Source of the DNA: Anaeramoeba ignava BMAN
Lineage: Eukaryota > Protista > Anaeramoebae
Assembly: GCA_028826165.1 (NCBI GenBank)
Contig: JAPDFW010000060.1
Coordinates: 62,001-126,000, forward strand
Length of the DNA: 64,000 nt
Direction of reading: 5' to 3'
Position 1 is the first letter of the stretch. The number at the start of each line of letters is the position of its first letter. The translations under genes were made by a program, and so were the position numbers. A model generated the notes under the pieces. It had not been told where the DNA came from and searched no databases. It saw nothing but the letters and a program-made list of their open reading frames with translations. This document shows positions 33,501 through 46,164 of this stretch, in pieces.

Positions 33501-33546
33501 ATTCGTTGAAGTTCCTCTTGGCGCTTTTGCTGGAATGAATCTTTAA
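30506..33546 (+). CDS. Prokaryote-type FAD/NAD oxidoreductase fusion (2Fe-2S, pyridine nucleotide-disulfide oxidoreductase, ferredoxin, BFD-like 2Fe-2S; sarcosine oxidase-alpha / proline dehydrogenase-alpha-like) with a putative organelle presequence; exons 30506-30577, 31155-32201, 32524-33546 (~713 aa)
   Basis: FCANGQCSQC..SC; GGGPSGLSAA; GGGNVG; CHQEIPCNACVAGC; CNGCLRCVTVCP; VCRCERV...GACGSKTC. Both introns are phase 0 and splice in frame. Confidence 0.9.
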
Positions 33547-33779
33547 ATTCTTCTTTCTAAGTTTTTTTAAACAATTTTTTACTTTTTTCTTTTTCTCTTT
33601 TTTTCTTTTTCTTTTTCTTTTCTTTTCAGTTTTTTAGGTTCGTTCAATTAACTCATTGACTTTTTTTTTTCAATTTTACTTCTATTACTTCTATTTTTCT
33701 TTTTTTTCTTTTTCTTTTTCTTTTTCTTGATTTCTCAAAACTTTTTTTTTTTCAAAACTTCTTTCCAAAAAAAAATTTC

Positions 33780-34470
33780 AATTCTCTTCTTTTTTGATTT
33801 AAATCAAGAATAAATTTTTCATCAAATTTAATTTAATTTTAATTTAATTTCAATTCTCTTCTTTTTGATTAAATCAAGAATAAATTTTTCATCAAATTTA
33901 ATTTTAATTTTAATTTTAATTTTAATTTCAATTTTAATTTTAATTCTTCTTTTTTTGATTAAATCAAGAATAAATTTTTCATCAAATTTAATTTTAATTC
34001 TAATTTTAATTTAATTTTAATTTAATTTTAATTCTTCTTTTTGATTTAAATCAAGAATAAATTTTTAATCAAATTTAAATTTAATTCAATTTTAATTTTA
34101 ATTCTTCTTTTTGATTTAAATCAAGAATAAATTTTTCATCAAATTTAATTTTAATTCTAATTTTAATTTTAATTTAATTTTAATTTTGATTCTTCTTTTT
34201 GATTTAAATCAAGAATAAATTTTTAATCAAATTTTATTTTAAATTTTAATTTAATTTTAATTCTTCTTTTTGATTTAAATCAAGAATAAATTTTTCATCA
34301 AATTTAATTTTAATTTTAATTTCAATTCTCTTCTTTTTGATTTAAATCAAGAATAAATTTTTCTTTTTTGATTTAAATTAAGAATAAATTTTTAATTAAA
34401 TTTAATTTTATTTTAATTTTAATTTTAATTCTTCTTTTTGATTTAATTAAGAATAAATTTTTCATTAATT
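33780..34470. repeat. Tandem array of ~10 units, each a conserved core containing the palindrome TTGATTTAAATCAA, separated by variable-length (AATTTT)n
   Basis: AATCAAGAATAAATTTTT recurs at ~33802, 33871, 33961, 34048, 34118, 34206, 34277 and 34344, with variants near 34375 and 34445. Confidence 0.9.
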
Positions 34471-34484
34471 TTAATTTTAAATTG

Positions 34485-34516
<32 letters not shown>

Positions 34517-34620
34517 TTTTGTTTTTGTTTTGATTTTGTTTGGAATAAAAGAAAAAGAAAAATAAAAAAAAAGATTGAATTAAAAAAAAAAAGATTGGAA
34601 ATTAATAAAAAGAAAATTGT

Positions 34621-37600
34621 TCATTTCCATTTTCCATGTCTTGGTTTTGATGGATAAGGCCTTTTGTGATGATAATGCCTGTCTCTAAAATCATAATCAT
34701 CATAATCATACTCATTTTCATTCTCTTTGACAATTTTCCTAAATCCTTCATATTCAGTGTTTTTAGAATTTGGAAGAGAATTTCGATCAGGATTAAAATC
34801 AATAAAATAAACAGTTGATTCTGAAGAATCATAAGTTATAAGACTTGGAGAATAAGCATAAAAATGAGCCTCAAACAAAGAAGAAATTTGTGAAGCACAA
34901 TAACGGAACAATGATAATTCAATGTATTTATCAAAAATCTTAGTTGATTCATTCAATCCCATTTTTTCAATTTGTTCATTTATTATCCTCTTTGCAACTG
35001 TCCAATGCGGAGCAAAAACCCACGCTTCTTGGAAATCAATAAAATTCGAAACCATCTCCATATATCTTCCCGACTCAGTTTCTTTCAAATACTTTTTCGT
35101 TGTTTCTTGATTTTCCATTGAATCATTGAAATAATAAGAATAAAACGTTTTTAATCTCATTCGGGCAATATAAAAGAAATCATGAAGAGCTATTTGCTCC
35201 TGGATAGATAAAGGCTCATATCCCAGCAAAAGCTTGCCAACAAAAGGATGAATTCTTCCGTTGAGAATACCAAGAACACTGGAAACAACAACCCTGAATT
35301 GTTTTGTTGGGAAAACATTTGTCGCATGCAACGGAACTTGCACAGCCTTTTTCCAACACTGATCCAAATACCGATTGTAAAAGTCTTTGTCAGGCGAGCA
35401 AAACGGAGCCTGATAAGTCTGCACAATATGGTTGCGAATGAGATTGGGTACAACAATGTTGTTGGAAACGAAACTAGCAAGATCAGGCCGAGAAAGGATT
35501 ATCGGCGATCCAAAATAAGTTCCAAGAATCCGAACTTTTGCTGAGAAATTATGGAAAGTAATGCAAGCATAGCAGGGTTTTCTGATATTCATTGAAGCAC
35601 GTCCAATATACTTGCCATTGCGAGCAAAGGAAACAGAGCCTTCTTCAGCGTTGTAGATAATCGTGATTAAATCGTTTTTTTGCAATGGATCTGTGAATGG
35701 GGATTCATGATTGCTCAACAAAATATCTCCGTTATCAAGTAATCCACAGGATCCAGGCAGAAATCCCACAGGAATGAGTTTGTCAAGTTCGCGATCTGTG
35801 AGGCTTTCTTTCTTGTGCTTCTTCTCATCATCATCATCTTCTGGCTTTTTCTTTTCATTTGTAATTTCACTTAATCTTTGTGATATTCCAATTGAAATTG
35901 AATGAGAAACAACAAACTTCTCAATCATAACTTCCCATATGCATATTCCCTTTTGAGGGAAAGGATCCATAGAATAAATTGTGAGACATTCTGCGTTTCC
36001 AAAGTTGTTTTTGGGGGTTAGTACAAGATCATATTGCGAATTGGATCTCGGATGTTGTAATTGATTAATTTCAACTGAATTCTCATTTCCAATTAAATCA
36101 AATAAAGGATTAAAATGACAATATTTCATTTCCTCCTTTTGCGGATCTCCTTCAAGAATCGAGTCAATTAACCGCATTTGGTTGAGTTGTGATAATCTTC
36201 CAAATGAAGAAACCATCCCAAATAACGCTTCAATCACAGAATAACGAACCTTGTTATACATGAAATGTCCAAATTGTTCTAATTCTTTTGCATTTTTTGG
36301 TTCGTTTTTTCGGAAATATTTTTCTTGATCCGTAATTTCCTTCATTTTTAACTTCGCTAACTCGCGCAATTGCTCAATCATTTCAGGTTTCAACTCAGTA
36401 AGATATTGTGCGTGTTGTTTCTTCAGGAATTTCTTGATGTTCTTCTCAGTTTTTTCGATAGTTTCTTCAAGTTGTTTTCTTGACTTCTTCCGCTCTTCTT
36501 CATTCTTATCAAGAGATAGATCATCAAAAACAGGAGGTGTTCTCTCCACAATCGGTGGATTGAATATTGCTCCTATGCTTTTTGTGAGTGTTGATGTATC
36601 CAGGTTCAGATCTTCGGGTTTTTCAGGTAATTTTTTTGAGTATGTTCGATGATATGGACTTCTTGGAGGTTCGATTGGCACAAATTCAAACCCAAATTCT
36701 TTAGAAATCATCATTTCTTTCCGAAAGATTGATTTGTCCATTTCAGGTGCTGAAAATTCAGAAAGTTTTTCAATTGCTTCAGATTCAGACTCTTGGATTT
36801 CTACTGAAGAAGTTTCTGATGAAATTGAAAAATCAGGTGGAGGAGGTTGTTCCACTTCAAGTTCATCCTGTTTTGGAGTTATCATTCTATCAACATCCTC
36901 CTCCATTTCTTTTGTTTTAGGAATAATAGATCTTTCTTTTCTTAATTCTGATGTCATTTCTAGTTTTCTTGAAGGAGCTAAAGGTGCAGCCATAGTTTTG
37001 AAACCTCCACTTATCATACTTTTTGCATCTTGTCTTGCACTAAAAAATTCTGTTGGTTCTCGTTCTTTTTCAAGCATTTTTTTACCAGAAATTTTTGATC
37101 TGCTTTCTATGTGCAGATCCATATCTATATTCCTACTCAAATCTATTTTCTTACTCATTTCTGTCGTATCCATCTCCATATCCATCATATCCATAACTGC
37201 ATCTGGTTCTTCTAAAGATCTTTGCATTTTTCTTGATTCTTTTTTCTCTCTTTTTTTTTCCTCTTGTCCAATTTTTTCTTTTGCTGCTTTTTGTGGTTTT
37301 GGTTTTGATTTTGGTTTTGCAGATTGCTTAGCTTTTCTTCCTCCAAAACTAAATCCTTTTTTTTTTTTTGATTTCATAGCATAAACTCCATCATCCTCAT
37401 CCATCATCATCAAATTAGCTGATTCCTTATCCATTGACTTTTCCATTGGTCTATAAGAATCCTCAATAGTTGGATCATAACCACCGCCATAACTGTCGCC
37501 AATATCGAGTAAACCTGAATCTTTTAATGCTGATGATTTTGGCATTTCATCAAACATTAAATTTTCCATCATATTCATTTCTGGTATTTGAGGTTGAATT

Positions 37601-40600
37601 TGTTGTTGAGCTTGTATTTGTCCAAGAAATTCATGTGTTTGTATTGGTTGTGATGAAAATGATGGTTGAATTGGTGGTGTTGGTGGTCCTGCTCCCATTG
37701 GTGGTGGTGGTCCTCTCATTAGTGGTGGTCCTTCTCCTGCTACTGGTGGTGGTGGTGGTCCTCCTCTTGTTGGTGGTTTTGGTGGTCCTCCTCTTGTTGG
37801 TGGTTTTGGTATTCTTCCTCTTCCTTTTAATTTTAATTTTAATTTTAATTTTGATTTTGATTTTGATTTTAATTTTGATTTTAATTTTAATTTTAAATTT
37901 AATTTTAATTTTAATTTTAATTTTAATTTTTGATTTAATTTTAATTTAAATTTTTATCCGATTTTGAAAATGAATTTTAATTCTAATTTTAATTTACCAG
38001 TTGTTGTTGTTGATGATTTACGATCTTATTTTTGTTAAACAAATTTTAAAAATTAAAATTAAAATAAAAATTAAGATTAAAATATAAATTCAAATATTTA
38101 TCCTTACGTTTTGTTCTTTTTGAAATACTCTTTGATTTATCCTTTTTTTTCCATACTGATTTACTTTCTTCAAAAGCAAAACTTTCTTCTGCTTCTTCTT
38201 TTTTTTCTTTTTCAACTTCGAGATCTCCATCAGACCAATCAGACTCATCTTCACTATAATCAACATCCTCATCATACATAGTGCGACGAGCACCTAAACT
38301 TGTTTTCAAAAGTGACATTAGATCTTGAGGTCTTTCATCTTGAGCTTTTTTTTGATCTCGATCTGCTACTTTTGTTAATCTTGTTCCTTTTCGAATTTGA
38401 TCTAATAACTGACTTCTACTTTGTGGTTCTCCTTCTCTTCTATCTATTTCTTTTTTCCCCAATGGAAATTGATAAGGTGGTGGTCTTGATGGGTATTTAG
38501 GCGGTGGAGGTATTTTTGGATGATGAATTATTTGCTTTTCAGATTTTTCAATAATTTCCTTTTTTCTTTTTTGAAAAATTTTGCGAATATTTTTCCTCTT
38601 CTTTTCGCGTCTTTCATTTACAACCTGATCAAAATCATTCTGGGTTTTCAAAATCAACGGTTTCAATTCAACACGCATTTTTTTGTCGATTTGCATTTGG
38701 ATTTTCTGTTGAAAATCTAGAGATATTTGCTTGTTCATCTGCGACTCCAAAGCTTGTTGATATAAATTCAACCAAGATTCCTTTTGAGAAAATGTGCCTG
38801 CAAGCTCATCAAGTTTATCATGAAGAGGACGACTCAAAGAATCAGCGGGATACATATTATAAGAGCTCATTCCACCAGTGTTTTTATTATGATAATAATT
38901 TTCTTCCACAATCACTTGCACTTTGTCAATGAAAAAAAATCCCAAATGTTCATTATAACCGGGTCCAGTTGCCAAAAAGAACATTGATAATAAGTCGTTT
39001 TGTTGGAATAAAGAATATTTCTCGCACCGTCTTAACTCTTGATATCCAGGTGCTGTTGGACCCGTTTTCACTTGATTTTTCACAACCGTTGACACGATCC
39101 AAACGTCAGGATCATTTTCCACTGCATAATTTAACAGAAGTGTCCGATCGGCAGACCGCGCAAGTGCAAAGTATTTGATTCGATTCACATCAACGATTTT
39201 CCCGTCATCCATTTGCATTTCTGTTTTGGAGATTGGATCGAATGCTACGTTCAAAATAAATCCTGAAAACGTGATAATTGCAAGAATATTGAAAACAAAA
39301 AACCCAAATAAAATCACTTTTCCAAGTGTTGAATAACTGCTTAAATCTTGCACTTCTCTGTGGAGCATTACTCCAATGCCTGAAATAGCCAATACAAGCA
39401 CAATACAGAAAAATGTGATATATCCTATTAAGTATGCCTTTGTATCCAATAGCATCACTTTTGTTCCATCTTTTTTACGGAAAAATAATTTTGTTCGGAG
39501 TTGATCCAAAAGATTGATATTTGCAATAACAACTTCTTTTCTCATCATAACAGAATAGAATATTACAAGATAGAATAAACACACTAATACATATCCTACA
39601 ATACATCCTATTGTTATTTTGAGATCGATCCCAAGAATGTCATTTAATGTGTGCCAAAGACTGTATGTAACAAATCCCTGCATGATTGTTATTAAGCAAA
39701 ATATTACAAAGAATGTGTATCTTGTTTCTTTCTATTTTTTTTTTAAATTTTCAAATTATTTTCATATTTTCATGTAAATTTTCAAATTTGAAATGAATTT
39801 TATTTTTTCAAATAAATTTACTTTATGTGAAAATCTCACAAGTTTCTTGAAAAATGTTTCTTTTTTTAATATCACTTTTTTTGTTGGCATTAAAACTAAA
39901 AATGGTCCAAATCCCATTGTAACTGCAGAAAACTAAATTTTTTTCCAAATCCAAACAAACAAAATTTCTATTATTATTCTTATTCCTCTTTTTTTAAAAA
40001 AAATTTTTAAAACAAACAAGAAAGCATGATCTCATAAATATATCCATTGCTGAAGTTCCTGAATATTGAGCAGCTAATGAAAATGTTGTTCCTGCAAAAT
40101 AGTATGCAATTGAAATAAAAGAACCTGCCAAACTAAAATATTTTATATATTTTAGATATTTTATATATTTTAGATATATTATATATTTTAGATATTTTAG
40201 ATATTTTATATATTTTAGATATTTTAAATATTTTATATATTTTATATATTTTATATATTTTAGATATTTTATATATTTTATATATTTTATATATTTTAGA
40301 TATTTTATATATTTTATATATTTTATATATTTTATATATTTTATATATTTTATATATTTTAGATATTTTAAATATTTTATATATTTTATATATTTTATAT
40401 ATTTTAGATATTTTAGATATTTTATATATTTTATATATTTTATATAATACAGATATTTTATATATATTAGATATTTTATATATATTAGATATTTATATAT
40501 ATTATAATTTTAAATATTTTAGATATTTTATATATTTTATATATTTTTATATTTTTAGATATTTTATATATTTTAGATATTTTATATATTTTAGATATTT

Positions 40601-40925
40601 TATATATTTTATATATTTTATATATTTTATATATTTTATATATTTTATATATTTTATATATTTTAGATATTTTAGATATTTTAGATATTTTAGATATTTT
40701 ATATATTTTATATATTTTAGATATTTTAGATATTTTATATTCCTTGTTGATTATAATTTGCTAATTGGGAATATTTTTCTTTCAAATTTACCTTCTAGGT
40801 CTATTACAACTCCATTCAAAAGTTTTTTGAATATAACTTTTTGCAGTTCCTAAAACTGTGCTTAAAACAACTAAAACCGTTGAAACAGCAAGATTATTTT
40901 GAACTGAATCTGCAAAATTTGTCAT
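34621..40925 (-). CDS. Large multidomain protein (~7 TM helices, longin-like domain, Pro-rich/WH2-C-A (VCA), Pro-rich and low-complexity region, SPRY, helical C-terminus); exons 40792-40925, 40018-40132, 39822-39932, 38108-39731, 37998-38024, 34621-37823 (~1737 aa)
   Basis: Five GT-AG introns give a continuous 5214-nt frame joining ORFs 38046-39683 and 34621-37719. Motifs are listed in the findings. Confidence 0.75.
40140..40740. repeat. ~10-bp minisatellite (TATTTTATA[TA]/TATTTTAGA) filling intron 1 of the TM-VCA-SPRY gene
   Basis: Directly visible. Confidence 0.9.
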
Positions 40926-41224
40926 ATATTTTAAAAAGAATTTAAATAAAAATTTGAAAGAAAATTTAAATTAAAAAAAAAGAAGAAAGATAACGAAAAT
41001 AACAAATAAAAAAATAAAAAAAATGAAAAAAAATAAAAAAATAAAAATGAGAACCAAAAGAAAAAATTAAAAAAAAAAGAAAAAAAAATTTATTTTAATT
41101 CATATTTTTTAATATATATAATAATTTATATGAAAAAAATATTTTTTATTTTAATTTTTTTTTTTCATTTTTTTTTTAAATTTTTTTTCATTTTTCTTTT
41201 TTTAATTTTTTTTTTGGATTAAAA

Positions 41225-44200
41225 ATGGAAGTTATTAAAAGAATTATTCCAGGAGCTTTAGATAAGGAAAATATAGGTAAAATAAAATAAATAAAATAAA
41301 TAAATAAAATAATAAATAAAATAATAAATAAAATAATAAATAAAATAATAAAATAAAATAATAAATAAAATAATAGGAGCTCTTGATTGGGGAATACAAA
41401 ATCTTGTGGCTTATGCTGCAAGAAATACAATTGTGATTCTCAATCCACAAACTATGCAAGTTGTACAAACTTTAGATGGACATAAAGCAAATATTAAATC
41501 AATTAAATGGTATTTTTATTTTATACCATTTTTTTTTAATTGTTAATTTATATCCATTTGATTTTATTTTTTTTATAAAAAGGACTCGTAATATTTTTAA
41601 TAGAGAAATCACTGATGAATATCAATTACTTCTTGCTTCTGGTGATAAAGCAGGATATATTATTTTATGGGATATTTTTCTTGGAAAAGTATATTATTTT
41701 TTAAAATTAAAATTAAAATTAAAATTAAAATTAAAATTAAAATTAAAATTAAAATTAAAATTAAAATTAAAATTAAAATTAAAATTAAAATTAAAATTAA
41801 AATTAAAATTAAAATTAAAATTAAAATTAAAATTAAAATTAAAATTAATATAAAATTAAAATTAAAATTAAAATTAAAATTAAAATTAAAATTAAAATTA
41901 AAATTAAAATTAAAATTAAAATTAAAATTAAAATTAAAATTAAAATTAAAATTAAAATTATATTAAAATTAAAATTAAAATTAAAATTAAAATTAAAATT
42001 AAAATTAATATAAAAAAATTAATATAAAAAAAGGCACTTGGAACAATATTTTCAGATATTGCTCAGCATAGTCCTGTTTATGCAATGGAGTGGATTGGTC
42101 AAAATCCTTCATATTTATTTACATTTCATTTTCCTTCAATATTTACATTATGGTCAATTAAAAAATTTCCTTATCAAAGACCAACAAAAGTTTGGGATTT
42201 GGAATTAGCACAAAGAATACAATCAATATCTTTCAATCCTTTTCATGACAAAGAACTTGCATTTTGCACAGAAGAAGGATCTTTGTTTATAATTGAAGGT
42301 TTATAGAAAATTAAAATTAAAATTAAAATTAAAATTAAAATTAAAATTAAAATTAAAACTAAAATTAAAATTAAAATTTAAAATTAAAATTTAAAAAAAC
42401 AGATTTTAATACATCAGAAAAACCAAAGAAAATCCAATACAAATTTCGAGTTGATACAACAAAATCAGAACAAAAACCAGAACATAAACCAAAAAAATCA
42501 ACAACACCAAAAAAACAAGTTGAACAACCAAAAACAAATACTTTAAGACAAATCAAATATTCAACAACACACAAAGATATGCTTTATTTTCTTTTTCCAA
42601 GAGAAATTTTCATACTTGATTTAACAATAAGTCAATCTGTTGGATATACAGAAATACCCCAAACAAAATATTCTTTATCAGAAATGATTTATTTAAAAGA
42701 TTCACAAAAATCTTTTGTTTGTCTTCATGAAGATGGAAGTTTAAGTGGTTGGATTCAAGAATCAAACTCAAAAATGTTTTTTCTTCAAATATCTTCCTTT
42801 TCAGATCAATTTAGAATTACAAGAAGTGGGAAATTTGGAGCTTTACTTACAACAGGAATAGTTCCTTCTCCAATTAAACCAAATACTTTTATAGTAGTTT
42901 CATTAGATGGAAAAGTGTAAACAATATTTTAATATTAATTTTAATATTAATTTCAATTTTAATATTAATTTTAATTTTAATTTAAATATTAAGTTGGAAA
43001 TGGAATTTTGATACTCAAAAAATTCAATTACAAAATCAAGATGTTTCACATTCTTCAATTGAAGCCACAAGTGCTCTAGAACTAAAAGAAGTTCTTGAAA
43101 ATTCTTCTGCACAAACTTCAGCAATTAAAGTTTCTGGAAATTCATCTAATTCACATTTAATTGCAATTGGGAAAAAATCTGGAATTATTTTAGTATAAAA
43201 AACAAACAAAAAAAAAGAAGAAAAAACATTATTTTTTTCTTATCGTAAATTTAAATAATTTAGATTGGTGATTTATTAACAGGTGAAATTATTTCTTCTT
43301 TTCGAGTTCATCCAAATCCTGTTGAACAAATAATTTGGATTTCAGAAAATTCTTTGATTTCTTATAGTCTTGAAAAGTATTTATATTTATTTTAAATATT
43401 TATATTTATATTTATTTTAAATATTTATATTTATATTTATTTTGAATATTTATATTTATATTTATTTTAAATATTTATATTTATATTTATATTTATTTTA
43501 AATATTTATATTTATATTTTGTTTTTTAGATTACCTGATAATTCTTTTATTAATTGCTCAATTATTTTGGATATTCACACTGGAAGACAAAAATTATTTC
43601 GTTCAGATATTGTTAATGAAGATGATTATATTAAAGGAATGAGACTATCACCCTCAAAAAAATATTTAGCAATACTTTTTAATGAAAGGTTGATTTTTCT
43701 TTGTTTAATTTAATTGGAAAATTTTTTGAAAGAATTTAATTAATTCAAAAAAAAAAAACAATTTAATTAATTCAAAAAAAAAAAGACCTTTTGAAATTTG
43801 GAATTTAATAACAATGAGTCGTTTACCAACTCTTGAGCATCAAATAATTCAAGATTTACAATGGAGAAATAGAAACAAAACTAGAAGAGAATATTTCTGT
43901 TTTTCATGCAAAGGACAATGTATATAAATTTTAATTTTAATTTTAATTTTAATTTTAATTTTAATTTTAATTTTAATTTTAATTTTAATTTTAATTTAAT
44001 TTAATTTAATTTTAATTTTAATTTTAATTTTAATTTAATTTTAATTTAATTTTAATTTAATTTTAAAAAATTAAGCTATAATATTTCAATATTGTGTTGA
44101 TGGGTCTTTACTTAAAAAGAAAAAGGAAATGCCATACACTTCATCTTTAGGAATTATTTCTCACATTTCATGGATTAATCGGTACAAAAAAAATTTTGAA

Positions 44201-46063
44201 AAAAAAAAAACTTATTTTATAAAATATTTAAAAATTCTTTTTGTTTTTCTTTTTCTTTTTGTTTTTGAAATAGGAATTTTGTCATTGTAAATTCATCAGG
44301 AGTTATTTATCTTTTCGATTCTTCAATGAAAAAACCTATTCCGTTAAATGCAGGATTGAAACCTATTATTAAAGTGATTTCCAATCATCAAAAATCAGAA
44401 TTTTGGACTTTGCTTGTTTTATATTCAAATGGAGAAACAGAAATATATGATTTAGAACATAAAACCAAAATCAGTTCAGATTCAAAACAAAATCACTATT
44501 TATCAGTTGATATTGATTGGATGTCAACAACTCATCCTATTCTTGGTATATATTTTATATATTCATATATTTATATTTCATTTTTTATATTTATTTATAT
44601 TATATTTAGCTGCAAATGATGGATCAATAAGAATTTTTAACGAAACAAGACAAAATTGTCACCATAATTTTCAACTTGAACCAAAACCAAAACTTCATAG
44701 TCCATATTTACTTTCATTAGAAAATGGATTAAGACTTAAAATTTGGATGAAATTCGGACTTAATACTCATTCAAATACTGAAAATCATCCAAAATTACTA
44801 TCTATCGATAAAAACACAATGGATCCTATTGAAAAAGAATTGCTTTCTTTCCCTGATTATATTGTTCCTCGCAAATTATTCTCCAAATTGCAAAACTCTG
44901 ATACTCCAACAAGATGCATGCTTGTTGAAAAATTCTATTCAAATAAAAAAGAGGAAAAGTTTTGGCGTTTGGCTTTATTTTATTTAAATAAGTATTCATC
45001 AGATAGAAAGAATGTAATTAAAAATCAAGAAGATAAAATTGAAGAGAAAATTGAAGAGAAAATTGAAGATAAAACTGAAGATAAAATTGAAGATAAAATT
45101 GAAGAGAAAATTGAAGAGAAAATTGAAGAGAAAATCGAAGATAAAATTGAAGAGAAAATTGAAGAGAAAATTGAAGAGAAAATTGAAGAGAAAATTGAAG
45201 ATAAAATTGAAGATAAAACTGAAGATAAAACTGAAGATAAAATCAATCTTCTTTTATCAGATGGAATTTATCGAAATGAAAAATCACTCAGAAATAGCAT
45301 GAAAGAAAAAGCTGAAATGACCGAAAATAATAGAAACAATAGATATCCATTGGCTCAGAAAGCATATCAAGAATATGTTTATTTAAATGAACAAAATCGA
45401 GCTTTGGAAACACTTTTCTACACTCCACATGATCATCCCGACTTCTTTCCCAACCTTCTTAAATCAGCAATAATCTCAGCAGCAATATCTCCCGAACTCT
45501 TTACACAAACAGTACTTCGCATATCCAACTCTCTTGCAGAACAGAACCGCATTGTGGAAGCATCAAATATCTTATGCTTAACTGGACAAACAGAACTTGC
45601 TTGCGATTTACTGCAAATTAACGGTTTCTGGAAAGAAGCTTATTTCATTGCCAAACTCAATCTTCCTCAAGACAGAATACAATTCTTTTTATCAAGACAC
45701 GCAAACTATCTTGTTTCTCAAAATCGCCATTTTAAAGCTATAAAAATTTATCTCACAATCGGTTATTTTGTAGAAGTTCTTAAACTTCTTAAACAGGTTC
45801 AACATGATGATACTGCTGGTTTGTTTCTTATGGCTTGTCAGGAATATAATCTCCTTCAAGAAGATTCTCCTTTGGTTTCCAAAACTGATTCAAAAAACCA
45901 AAACAGTTTAACTGTAAAGGAAATTCGCCAAATTGTTAATCTTGCAATGATTCAATATCTTGAATCTCTTGGATTAACTCAATTTTCTCATTCTTATGAA
46001 CATCATATTGGTGCAAAAGTTTTTAGTCAAAAATCCGATAAAAAGAATGTTTCTCATAATTAA
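41225..46063 (+). CDS. WDR11: WD repeat-containing protein 11-like, ~12 exons
   Basis: Spliced N-terminus IIPGALDKENIGALDWGIQNLVAYAARNTIVILNPQTMQVVQTLDGHKANIKSIKW, plus LASGD, DIDW...AANDGSIRIF and a helical C-terminus (LCLTG..ACDLLQ..GFWKEA..IAK). Eleven GT-AG introns stay in frame. Confidence 0.85.
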
Positions 46064-46164
46064 ATTTAAATTAATTTTAAATTAATTTAATTCTTCTTCT
46101 TGAAAAGTAAAAAAAAATTATCTTTTTCAATTTAATTAAATTTTTGTCAAGTTGACAAACCAAT

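Noticed and set aside
30506-33546. Bacterial contamination or chimeric contig
   Set aside because: The gene has two in-frame spliceosomal introns filled with host-type microsatellites and a host-like leader exon.
33780-34470. CRISPR array (palindromic repeat plus spacers)
   Set aside because: The spacers are only (AATTTT)n of variable length rather than unique sequences. There are no cas genes, and the context is eukaryotic.
27706-37949. Antisense or alternate-frame ORFs over thiolase, PAAF1, the oxidoreductase and the TM-VCA-SPRY gene (e.g. 27744-28229, 36734-37384, 37470-37949)
   Set aside because: Shadow ORFs of real genes in GC-richer sequence, with no motifs.
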